From Macrostomum lignano (Eukaryota): a DNA stretch of 64,000 nt. Below, piece by piece: positions 1 to 21,455 of the stretch (its first letter is position 1; the number at the start of each line of letters is the position of its first letter). The notes beneath the pieces are model-generated. The model saw only the letters and a program-made list of their open reading frames with translations, made no database searches and was not told the DNA's origin. A program made the translations under genes and the position numbers. The stretch spans positions 93,287 through 157,286 of the forward strand of contig NIVC01001067.1 in assembly GCA_002269645.1 (NCBI GenBank), written 5' to 3'.

Positions 1-665
1 CCCATCAAGAATCGCCCTCAAATCCCCATAAAGAATCGGCCTCAAATCCCCATCAACAAATCGGCCTCAAATCCCCATCAAGAATCGCCCTCAAATCCCC
101 ATCAAGAATCGCCCTCAAATCCCCATCAAGAATCGGCCTCAAATCCCCATAAAGAATCGCTCTCAAATCCCCATCAAGAATCGGCCTCAAATCCCCATCA
201 AGAATCGCCCTCAAATCCCCATCAAGAATCGCCCTCAAATCCCCATCAAGAATCGCTCTCAAATCCCCATCAAGAATCGGCCTCAAATCCCCATCAAGAA
301 TCGGCCTCAAATCCCCATCAAGAATCGGCCTCAAATCCCCATCAAGAATCGGCCTCAAATCCCCATCAAGAATCGCCCTCAAATCCCCATCAAGATTCTC
401 CCTCAAATCCCCATAAAGAATCGGCCTCAAATCCCCATCAAGAATCGCCCTCAAATCCCCATAAAGAATCGGCCTCGAATCCCCATCAAGAATCGCCCTC
501 AAATCCCCATCAAGATTCGCCCTCAAATCCCCATAAAGAATCGGCCTCGAATCCCCATCAAGAATCGCCCTCAAATCCCCATAAAGAATCGCCCTCAAAT
601 CCCCATCAAGAATCGCCCTCAAATCCCCATCAAGAATCGCCCTCAAATCCCCATCAAGATTCTTC
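1..665. repeat. 24-bp minisatellite array (CCCCATCAAGAATCGCCCTCAAAT)n, truncated by window start
   Basis: Tandem units visible directly; translates as the (LDGDLRAI)n pseudo-ORF. Confidence 0.97.
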
Positions 666-1204
666 ACCACCCATTGATAATTAATTCGGTCACAGTGTTA
701 CAAAAACAATTTTCCTTTCTATCAGCGAATATGCTGTCTATCCGATTTTAACGGTTGCTTAACTAAAAGTCCGCGTATTGTTATACTATGAACAATGAAT
801 CAAATTTAATAATAGAAACTCATCTCAGGATGCGTTTTGAAAATTTAGAATTGATTTAAGAAATCGTTTTTTAAAGATTTAACTAATCTTGTTTTATAAA
901 TAAAATGTGACTATTATTGATATTAATAAGCAAAATTATTGTAGGAATTAGATTTTCGTGTTTCAGTATCAATAAATATTATTTGGCATTGCAGTATGAT
1001 TACTAATAGCGCGAATAAAGTTTTTTTATTGTATTATATAAATTTTGTAGAGTTATTTATTTTTCACTGCCGATATTTTCAAACATTTTTTTAGAACGCC
1101 GAAATTGATTGCATTGTGAATAATTGCATTAAAATATAGCTTATAATTTGTGTAATTTTGTTTGCGTTTTTAACTTTCATTTACTGAGTAGCAACTGATA
1201 TATC

Positions 1205-1850
1205 GATTAAACTGTCACCCCTCAGAGTCACTCAGATTAAACCGTCACCCCTCAGAGTCACTCAGATTAAACTGGCACCCCTCAGAGTCACTCAGATTAA
1301 ACTGGCACCCCTCAGAGTCACTCAGATTAAACTGTCACCCTTCACCCCTCAGAGTCACTCAGATTAAACTGTCACCCTTCACCCTTCAGAGTCACTCAGG
1401 TTAAACCGTCACCCCTCAGAGTCACTCAGATTAAACTGTCACCCTTCACCCCTCAGAGTCACTCAGATTAAACTGTCACCCTTCACCCTTCAGAGTCACT
1501 CAGGTTAAACCGTCACCCCTCAGAGTCACTCAGATTAAACTGTCACCCTTCACCCTTCAGAGTCACTCAGGTTAAACCGTCACCCCTCAGAGTCACTCAG
1601 ATTAAACTGGCACCCCTCAGAGTCACTCAGATTAAACTGGCACCCCTCAGAGTCACTCAGATTAAACTGTCACCCTTCACCCTTCAGAGTCACTCAGATT
1701 AAACTGGCACCCCTCAGAGTCACTCAGATTAAACTGGCACCCCTCAGAGTCACTCAGATTAAACTGGCACCCCTCAGAGTCACTCAGATTAAACCGTCAC
1801 CCCTCAGAGTCACTCAAATTAAACTTTCACCCTTCACAGCCGCTCAGGTT
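1205..1850. repeat. 30-bp minisatellite (GATTAAACTGTCACCCCTCAGAGTCACTCA)n with ~37-bp variants, upstream of DERL1
   Basis: About 20 tandem units visible. Confidence 0.95.
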
Positions 1851-2045
1851 GAAATGTTGTTCCCTCAGTCACAGATCCAACTGTTACCCCCTTAGAGTCA
1901 CCGGGTTTATAAGAGCCAAACTCTTTTATAGGCTAAATGTACAAAGCAATTTATATTAATAGATTTCATATGGATATTCATGCCGCATCCTACTGAACAA
2001 CTAAACTATAAAGTTAAACAAAATCGCTAAGCAATCAAATACAGC

Positions 2046-2834
2046 ATGGCACCGAATGAACTGGCTGAGTGGTACTGGAATGTACCGCGCCTGTCTCGCT
2101 ACTGGTTCACTGGCAGCGTTGTCCTGCCATTGCTCGGGCGCATCGGCCTATTGAGTCCCTACTCAATGATTCTTGTCTGGGAGAAGCTTGCTTATAGCTT
2201 CCATATCTGGCGTCCAATCACAGCCCTGCTGTACTATCCCATATCGCCTCAGACAGGATTTCACTATCTGATTAATTTGTACTTCCTGTATTCGTACTCC
2301 ACCGCTCTGGAGTCTGGTCAGTTTGCTGGCAATCCAGCTGAGTATGCTTTTCTATTGCTGTTCTGCTGGATCTGTCTGGTTGCTCTTGGTTGCGCTGTTG
2401 GTCTGTACCTGCTGATGGACCCGATGGTGTTGGCCGTGCTGTACATCTGGTGCCAGTTAAATCGGGACACCATTGTGCAGTTCTGGTTCGGCATGCAATT
2501 CAAAGCCATGTACCTGCCTTGGGTATTGCTGGCCTTTAATATGATTATTCAGGGCGGTGGCTTCACTGAACTGCTTGGCATCCTTGTTGGCCATCTGTAC
2601 TTCTTCTTGGCCTTCAAATATCCTCAGGATTTGGGCGGCCGTCAGCTGATTGGAGCTCCGGAATTTCTTTATCGCCTGTTGCCTAGGCAACGCGGTGGCG
2701 TCTCCGGCTTCGGAGTGCCGCCTAGCAACAGGCGACGCGAAGATGGCACCGACGGAGCCGGCGATGACGAAAGACGCGGTGGCTGGTTTCAGAACCGGTT
2801 CCCCGGGGCTGGACACCGGTTGGGTCAGGATTGA
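2046..2834 (+). CDS. DERL1: Derlin-1 (ERAD rhomboid-like membrane protein), single exon, 262 aa
   Basis: Motifs match Derlin-1: P-x-x-(S/T)RYWF, F-x-IWRPITA, TGFHYLINLYFLY-x-YS, FWFG-x-x-FKA-x-YLPWV, G-x-LVGHLYFFL-x-F-x-YP-x-DLGG, RGGVSGFGVPP, and a C-terminal G-x-G-x-RLG p97-binding SHP-like box. Confidence 0.97.
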   Translation: MAPNELAEWYWNVPRLSRYWFTGSVVLPLLGRIGLLSPYSMILVWEKLAYSFHIWRPITALLYYPISPQTGFHYLINLYFLYSYSTALESGQFAGNPAEYAFLLLFCWICLVALGCAVGLYLLMDPMVLAVLYIWCQLNRDTIVQFWFGMQFKAMYLPWVLLAFNMIIQGGGFTELLGILVGHLYFFLAFKYPQDLGGRQLIGAPEFLYRLLPRQRGGVSGFGVPPSNRRREDGTDGAGDDERRGGWFQNRFPGAGHRLGQD

Positions 2835-2974
2835 GACGGATTTGGCTCGCTGATGAACGTGTGTTGTTTAACACTATCTAGTAACTATTGTAGATGTACT
2901 TTTCCCTGTTCAGTTTTCAACTTGTACTTTGATTTCTGTTATTCAGCTTGACACTAGACCCTAGCACTGTTCTT

Positions 2975-3660
2975 GGATTTGAGGGCGATTCTTTGTGTGG
3001 ATTTGAGGGCGATTCTTGATGGGAATTTGAGGCCGATTTGTTGATGGGGATTTGAGGGCGATTCTTGATGGGGATTTGAGGCCGATTCTTGATGGGGATT
3101 TAAGGGCGATTCTTGATGGGAATTTGAGGCCGATTCTTGATGGGGATTTGAGGCCGATTCTTGATGGGGATTTGAGGCCGATTCTTGATGGGGATTTGAG
3201 GCCGATTCTTGATGGGGATTTGAGAGCGATTCTTGATGGGGATTTGAGGCCGATTCTTGATGGGGATTTGAGAGCGATTCTTGATGTGGATTTGAGGCCG
3301 ATTGTTGATGGAAATTTGATGGCGATTCTTGATGGGGATTTGAGGCCGATTCTTGATGGGGACTTGAGGGCGATTCTTGATGAGGACTTAAGGGCGATTC
3401 TTGATGAGGACTTAAGGGCGATTCTTGATGGGGATTTGAGGGCGATTCTTGCTGAGGATTTGAGGGCGATTCTTGATGGGGATTTGAGGCCGATTCTTGA
3501 TGGGGATTTGAGGCCGATTCTTGATGGGGATTTGAGGCCGATTCTTGATGGGGATTTGAGGGCGATTCTTGATGGGGATCTGAGGCCGATTTGTTGATGG
3601 GGATTTGAGGTTTTTTTTGGGGGATTTGAGGATACTTCTTGATTTGGATTTGAGGGGGAT
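2975..3660. repeat. 24-bp minisatellite, reverse complement of the 1-665 array (ATTTGAGGGCGATTCTTGATGGGG)n
   Basis: Same unit as 1-665 in the opposite orientation. Confidence 0.97.
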
Positions 3661-4339
3661 TCTTGAAAGGAATTCGATGGGATCTTCAAAGTTTTTTAAT
3701 TTAAATTTTAATCTCTAATTATAAGAAGCTTGTTACTGACCAAAACTTTCATCACAAATATTTCTCCTAAATTCGGAATAAGATGTTTTATGAAAGTGAT
3801 GCATATAGTCTCATTCTGTATCCTTTTTGCGTTTGCCTTCTTGTCATGGAATTTGTGTGTTTGTTTTGCTTATTTAAACTGTTTTGGTTTGGTGTTTACT
3901 TCAATTCATGTAATATAGAGCAGCTCCAGCAAGGTTTTGTGTTTTCATTTAGTTCATCAAGCAACAAATGAGAAAGCTCACTTGTGTTGTGTCTTCATAG
4001 CTTGTGTTGTGTCTGTTTTGTCCTGTCTCAAAGTTTTCTTTTCTGTCAAGGATTACTTTTTATCAATATATTATTTAACATGCTAAATGGATACAGATTG
4101 TCACTTGTCTGTGCCGCGTTTTCTCTTATCGGAATTTGAAACTAACCGAGCCGTTTTTTTGTTTATTAAGAGCTAATCAAAAACGAAAATATAATTATAT
4201 TGATGGATTTGCATGAAACATCAGGCTCTGGTAAATTAGTATGCATTTTTTTCTATTTATTTTAGATTATTTTAGATTTTTAGCGAACCAATCAAATTTC
4301 GGGTTGGAGCGTTGCCAATAAAATTTAAAATTCCTGTAA

Positions 4340-5820
4340 GAGAGCAAGCAGCCAATCAGATTTCAAGGTCAGTTTAGCGAGCAGCCAATCAGATTTCAGG
4401 GCCGGGTTAAAAAGCAGCCAATCAGATTTCAAGGTAGGATTAGAGAGCAGCCAATCAGATTTCAGGGCTGAGTTAGAGAGCAGCCAATGAGATTTCAAGG
4501 TCGGGTTAGAGAGCAGCCAATCCGATTTCAAGGTCGGGTTAGAGAGCAGCCAATCCGATTTCAAGATCAGGTAATTGAGCAGCCAATCGGATTTCAAGGT
4601 CAGGTTAGAGAGCAGCCAATCAGATTTCAAGATCAGGTAATTGAGCAGCCAATCGGATTTCAAGGTCAGGTTAGAGAGCAGCCAATCAGATTTCAAGATC
4701 AGGTAATTGAGCAGCCAATCGGATTTTAAGGTCAGGTTAGAGAGCAGCCAATCAGATTTCAAGGTCAGGTAATTGAGCAGCCAATCGGATTTCAAGGTCA
4801 GGTTAGAGAGCAGCCAATCGGATTTCAAGGTCAGGTTAGAGAGCAGCCAATCGGATTTCAAGGTCAGGTTAGAGAGCAGCCAATCGGATTTCAAGGTCAG
4901 GTTAGAGAGCAGCCAATCAGATTTCAAGATCAGGTAATTGAGCAGCCAATCGGATTTCAAGGTCAGGTTAGAGAGCAGCCAATCGGATTTCAAGGTCAGG
5001 TTAGAGAGCAGCCAATCAGATTTCAAGATCAGGTAATTGAGCAGCCAATCGGATTTCAAGGTCAGGTTAGAGAGCAGCCAATCAGATTTCAAGATCAGGT
5101 AATTGAGCAGCCAATCGGATTTTAAGGTCAGGTTAGAGAGCAGCCAATCAGATTTCAAGGTCAGGTAATTGAGCAGCCAATCGGATTTCAAGGTCAGGTT
5201 AGAGAGCAGCCAATCGGATTTCAAGGTCAGGTTAGAGAGCAGCCAATCGGATTTCAAGGTCAGGTTAGAGAGCAGCCAATCGGATTTCAAGGTCAGGTTA
5301 GAGAGCAGCCAATCAGATTTCAAGATCAGGTAATTGAGCAGCCAATCGGATTTCAAGGTCAGGTTAGAGAGCAGCCAATCGGATTTCAAGGTCAGGTTAG
5401 AGAGCAGCCAATCAGATTTCAAGATCAGGTAATTGAGCAGCCAATCGGATTTCAAGGTCAGGTTAGAGAGCAGCCAATCAGATTTCAAGATCAGGTAATT
5501 GAGCAGCCAATCGGATTTTAAGGTCAGGTTAGAGAGCAGCCAATCAGATTTCAAGGTCAGGTAATTGAGCAGCCAATCGGATTTCAAGGTCAGGTTAGAG
5601 AGCAGCCAATCGGATTTCAAGGTCAGGTTAGAGAGCAGCCAATCGGATTTCAAGGTCAGGTTAGAGAGCAGCCAATCGGATTTCAAGGTCAGGTTAGAGA
5701 GCAGCCAATCAGATTTCAAGATCAGGTAATTGAGCAGCCAATCGGATTTCAAGGTCAGGTTAGAGAGCAGCCAATCGGATTTCAAGGTCAGGTTAGAGAG
5801 CAGCCAATCAGATTTCAAGA
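4340..5820. repeat. 33-bp minisatellite (GAGCAGCCAATC(A/G)GATTTCAAGGTCAGGTTAGA)n, ~45 copies, each with a CCAAT box
   Basis: Tandem units visible; the array ends 16 nt before the NudE ATG. Confidence 0.96.
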
Positions 5821-5836
5821 CGATGTGATAACCCGG

Positions 5837-10931
<5,095 letters not shown>

Positions 10932-12047
10932 TGCGCTTGTACAATGCTTTTAAGTGTCCAAAAATATCCTAAATAAAATTATCCTCATCTATCTACTGAA
11001 AGTAGAAATTCAAGAAAATTCTGTATTCGGAAAAAGATATTCTTGAAATACTTTTATTAGTAGTCTGTGCAGGTTTTCATCTAGGTTCAGTGTTTACAGT
11101 TGATAATTTTAGAGATTTAATTATAGTCTACAAAATGTACTTTTGCTGTGCACTTTCCTCGATTTGTATTAGTTATAAATATACTAATGTTTTAATTGAC
11201 CTTCAATTGTTCCCCTATTTTATGGTCAATTTTCTATCCTATTTTTCCTAGCTATGAATATAATTGTGTTGTGTTTCTCTTAGGTATGTTTTTTCGCATG
11301 TCATAAAATAATATCTATAATCTGTTTCATAATGTTTGCATACCTACTGGTTATTGTTATTAATATGCTAGCATTTATTAATCTCTCCAAGTGTGTGTTT
11401 GCTGCAAATGTAAAGAAAATTTATTAATTATGATTATTATTCATTAGTTGTTATTGATTCAGTTGTATTCGCTGATTGAGTGGAAGATTGACAAGCCATG
11501 GACAAATTTAACAATGGTACTCCACGGCCATTGTGAGGCATTCTCAGCGGCTGTCAGGCTAATGCTGATCGACTTAATTTGGCCTACTAATCTTCTGATG
11601 AATGATATTGTAATGAATTATACAGCTGCTACCGTATTATGCTACTCACAAGTAGAGTGTGTACCAGCTGTTACAAATATCTACTTTGCGTATTAAACTA
11701 AATGATAATACTTGCCTCTGATTATAAAATTACTTTTTTGTATCACTTGTGTGGCCGTTGGTGATTTTGGATTCAATTTGTATTGTTTATTGTATGATTG
11801 AAAAATGTTTGCATACATCAAATTACATTACATAGCATGTCGTGGTTTTAATGTGTATATTTTGAATAGCAATGATGCTTATTTAAAGTGCATTGTGTTC
11901 GAGCTTTTGTGTTGTTCTCTTAAGCACACCCGTTATTACGGTGCGTTCCGGGTTCGATTCCGGGTTTGTGCTTTTTTCTGAAACATCGCACTTTCACTGA
12001 CAATCTGACGGTGAATGTTACAGAAAGAAAGTGGCACTCACAGACAC

Positions 12048-12300
12048 GCATTAAGGAGAGGCAGGCAGGCAGGCAGGCAGACAGACAGACAGACAGAGAG
12101 GCAGGCAGACAGACAAACAAACAGACAGAGGCAGGCAGACAGACAGACAGAGGCAGGCAGACAGACAGAAAGACAGACAAAGGCAGGCAGACAGACAAAC
12201 AGACAGACAGACAGAGGCAGGCAGACAGATAGAGGCAGGCAGACAGACAGAAAGGCAGACAGACACAGACAGGCAGACAGACAGACAGAAAGACAGACGG
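12048..12300. repeat. (CAGA)/(CAGG) compound microsatellite, intergenic
   Basis: Directly visible. Confidence 0.95.
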
Positions 12301-13485
12301 ATGCTTATCAAAAGTGCTAAAGTTTTTATAGAGTGCGTTCCAGGTTCGAATTTGTAACAACGCATGAAAAGCGGTGATTTTCGAACAGGTCCCGCGCAGT
12401 CACTCCCATAATCTGTCAATACAGCATTCTCAAGCCACTGGAGAAGTTGATTGCAACAGGTGGAGACTGTGTTAATCAGGCTTCATTGATACGTGATGAT
12501 GATGCAGAACACAATTTGTTTCTTGAGTCAACCAGAAAGCAGAAATGACAGCAGAGAGCTTGTAGTTGCTTCCGTTTTTGGTTTAGGAAACCATCTGCTA
12601 CTACTTAAAGTACACGATTAAAAAATAAATGAAGACTTATAGAAAATAATAATTAATAAACATTTTTATAGACAAGGTGACAAAGCCCACTCGTTAAAAA
12701 ATAATATTACTTAAAGCTTTGGTTGTGAAATTGATAAAATAAAATCTTTTTTCAATCAGTCGATTGGCATAATCTAGTTTTGAACAATTTAACAGCATGC
12801 TCAAATCAAATCAAGTAACAATCTAGTAAATAGAAAACTGGAAAGTGGAGCAACTCTAGGAATCGCCAAACTAATCAAAAATACTATATAAGAAAATGTG
12901 AAGCACAAGGCGGGGCTGTGAGCAACTGTTAGTGGAATACACGATAGAAAACATTTGCACAAATATGTCAAAAGGCCCTTGCTAAACCTGTGGTAAATGG
13001 GTGTGCAAAATTCACAGGTGCGCTATCTGATTCTCAGCGGCTAAATTCAATCAGGAAGCAGGGATTCAAAAATAGCAAATTATACAAAACAATAATAATA
13101 ATAAGTTGTTCATTTTGAATTCGTTTTCTGGAGAGATTAGTGTGTAAAAACAGTGCAAGATGTGTACACAACAGGCCTTCATCAAATTCTATAAATCTAA
13201 CTATAAGAAACTCAGCAATTAGCAAGAATATAAAATATCGATACAATCTAAGTTAATGCTCTAATTACCCTACTTAAAGTAGAAAAACTCGCATTTCTCA
13301 ATTTAACCGTAGATTTAAATCTGCAAGATTAAAACAATTCGCTTACTGTTCTACTGAGCGCGGTAACAGTTAGTAGGCTGCTACGTAAAAGACACGCGAA
13401 ATTGATTGGATTCATTTAAATTTCGAATGAACCGTCAAATAAAAAATCCCACGCTGATTAATAAGTGTCAGACAGCTGTCTGTCC

Positions 13486-18340
<4,855 letters not shown>

Positions 18341-21310
18341 AGCTTTGCACTTTACCAGCCTTAGTAGTCTGAGAGAGTTCTCTGTTGGGTGTTGCTGCTT
18401 CAACAAGTGCCAGTTTTAATGCTATTCAATGTTTAATATCCAAGTCATGTAGATATTCTTGAACAATTAATAGTATCTATCTTCTAGTTAAAATCTGAAA
18501 TTTGAATGAAATAAGCAAGCAATAGATAAAAAAGCAATATTTTTTCAATAAAAAAGTAGGAAAAATTCAGTTATATCTGATTTATATTCATTATAAAAGC
18601 TACTATATTATCTAATAGACACCAACAGAAATTAATCTACAAAAACAAAAAAGTAAATAAAAATAGAATAATGCTAACAAAAATCAGGAATAAACAAGGA
18701 CTAACAACCATAGCCTCATAGGACAATTTTGCTATTAATAAGAATATTATGATTTAGTTATAATGATAATCTTGCAAAAATGCAATCAAAAAGCTTGATT
18801 TTTCATTTGCAATTTCAAATAAAGTAAAGAACTTATTGCTTGTTTATAAAATTATAGGACAAAAATAATGTAGGATTGTAAGTGTAAGACAATTAAAATT
18901 GTCATTAGAATAGGCCCCTGCTTTACATTTTTAAAGAACTAGCATTGTAAAACATTATTATTCAGCCATTTAAAGGCAATGATCCAGGCCTCTTCATGAA
19001 TTAACTTTGATTTGTGAATTTTTTTGTAGAATAACACTGTATTGTGACACTACACATTGCATATATGCTTATGTCATAATAATTACTAATACTATGCATT
19101 TTCAAAGCATCTACCTGCTCTGTCTCTTCCTAAAAAGCTTGCTTGCTGAAGCTTTGATTTGGCAATCCTCGGCCTGAGCAGAAACTTTTATATAGAATTG
19201 GTGTACACCATGGGTCCAAGACGAGGCCAGACCAGACAAGACAAGGTAGTACTAGTACTAGTCTAGTCTAGACTTCTGTCTTAAAACTTAAAGTCTAAAG
19301 CTAAGAAAACTAAAATATAAAATAAAATTGAATTTTTTGTGTAGGCAATATCTTACTAACCGCGAACTCAAAATATACTGATGAGTTTTAAAAGGCCTGT
19401 ATTTGATATTTCACAAACTTCATCATGAAACTTGTTAAATAGTGGGGATTATAAGAGACCTTATTTCTCGTTTGTATCCAGTAATTAAGGCATCTTATGG
19501 TGATTAGTGATATTTCTGTAAGCTGCTTACTTTTTAAGACGACATTTTTATTGTACTTCAAAACATTTTATTGTTAAGGTGATGCGTTAGGGCGATGATG
19601 ATAAAAATATGATTATGCTAATTTTGTTTTAAAAAGCAAAAAACTTGACGAGTTTGACCTGTTAATAGCTAAGTAACCTAAGTTCGACACATAGCATACG
19701 ATTGGAATTGTAAAATTGCACAGAAATTTCAAACATTTCTGTGCTTTATCATTTTATAGCCATTCATCATTAGATAACACCATCATCCCGAAAAATCATT
19801 GGCTTAGTAATATACACGGTCTGCTTGCATCAGTTTTAATTAAAACATATTTTGTTGCACCGCTAGCGTTAAATTCTTTCCTAGCTCATCATCGTCCTTC
19901 AGCGTCTTCTACACTGAGTGACATATATACGGACATGAAGTCAGGCACGGTGCTTCTCTTGCTGGCGATATACTTACTTCACGTCGAATTCGTACGCCAT
20001 CGCAGCCTGTCAGCCCATGACATGTCGCAGTCGCCTGTGCCCTGTGCCAGCATGATGATTGGTTGAGTAAGGCCATGCAGCGAGAGGGCCAGCAGTCAGG
20101 CCCTTGTCGCTGATCCCATAGCTTTCTCAAACGTATCCTCAGGCATGCACACTCTATGTATAATTATACTCTCCTTTGGATGAAATTGCAGAAATCTTTG
20201 ACCACGCGGTTTACATGTACTTTTACGAGGCCTAGGCCGGTTTTAGTGTAAATAGTTGAAGGATCTGCTCCTGCCGCCCCCTGACTTTCACTAATACAGA
20301 GACTTCATTGAGGCAATGAAGCTGGACAATAAAACAAAAGATTTTGCGGGACCCACTACACGAGTTAGAATCCATTCACCATTGCCTTAAGCGCATTAAT
20401 TGTGATCCCTCCGGGTTGCTAGGGTGAAAAAATGGTAGCTATATATATTGAAAGAGGTTAGAGTGCCGCAACGTGCGCGGCCTCATCAAAATCCTACGAG
20501 GTACATGTATAGCCCGGGTGCTTTGGCCTTGGTAACCCGGGGCAGCAGAGTTAGGAAAATGATGCTGGTAGTGTAGGATACTGCAGGGGCCTTGATGCTG
20601 GTGGGTTGGCACGCACAAAGCCTCTGGATAGATAGAGATGGGAAAAAGACAGAAGAGGCTGCATATTTTTTAGACCTGCATGACATGCGCAAGTTAGAGA
20701 GTGGTAAAGATCGAGGCCGCTGCGTAACAAAATTTCAGGTCTTCAATGGCGATTTTAATTTTTCCCCAAAAGCCATTGATGAAATAATTCGTAGGGAGGT
20801 TTTGACAGCTTCTTTTTCTTCTTTTCTTCCACCGCCCCACAACGCTGCCGCTGGCAGCTGGGGGGAGGGCGCTCAGAGGCGCCCCAACCTGCGAAGGAGG
20901 GCGATAAGGGGCTCCGGGTCGTCGCGGATGTCCCTCTCGTCCTCAGTGCTCGCCCGAAGGGCGTCGCCGCGTGGGCATTCAAGGATGATATGCTCCTCCG
21001 TGTCGGGCGCCCCGCAATCGGGACAGCTGGCGTTCTCAGTCAGGCCGACCCGGTGACGTGTGGCCCCGGCCAGGGTGGAGCACCCGGCTCTGAGTTGGTT
21101 AATCGCCACCGTTTCTTTCCTGGTCAGGTGTCGTGGTGGTCGTTGCCAGGGGCGTCCAAGCAGTTCCTGGTCGCGGGCGGACCGCGCGCGTCGGATGGCG
21201 GCCTTGGCGGCCTGCAGCGTAATGGGTTCGTCCTGCTGTTGGCCGCGTCTAGCTTCGTTGGCGCAGCGGTCTGCTTGCTCGTTGCCCGGGACGTCGCAGT
21301 GGGCCGGGAC

Positions 21311-21455
21311 CACGGACTACTTAAGTAGAAGGACGCGACACGCGCAAAACGTGCAAATTTTATTGGAGGCTGAATATTCAATTTTATGTAGCTCGACTCC
21401 AGAAACTCGCCGAAGTGTAGTTTTTTCTATATAAACGACAATTAAGTAGTCCGTG
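21311..21455. mobile_element. 145-bp non-autonomous DNA transposon (MITE; 8-bp TSD, hAT- or P-like) inserted in the LINE RNase H
   Basis: Perfect 14-bp TIR CACGGACTACTTAA...TTAAGTAGTCCGTG; TSD GCCGGGAC at 21303-21310 and 21456-21463. Removing it restores FVWVPAHCDVPGNEQAD. Confidence 0.93.

Noticed and set aside
53-5818. ORFs (LDGDLRAI)n, (SPSRIGLK)n and (LKSDWLLSNLT)n
   Set aside because: Minisatellite translations; the last superficially resembles an LRR but is the 33-bp DNA repeat.
19934-20066. Short ORF MKSGTVLLLLAIYLLHVEF with a signal-peptide look
   Set aside because: Only ~43 aa, with no recognisable domain or supported splice continuation.
20592-20810. FNGDFN motif in the + strand ORF at the LINE target site
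   Set aside because: A single short APE-like motif with no other endonuclease motifs nearby; cannot support a call.
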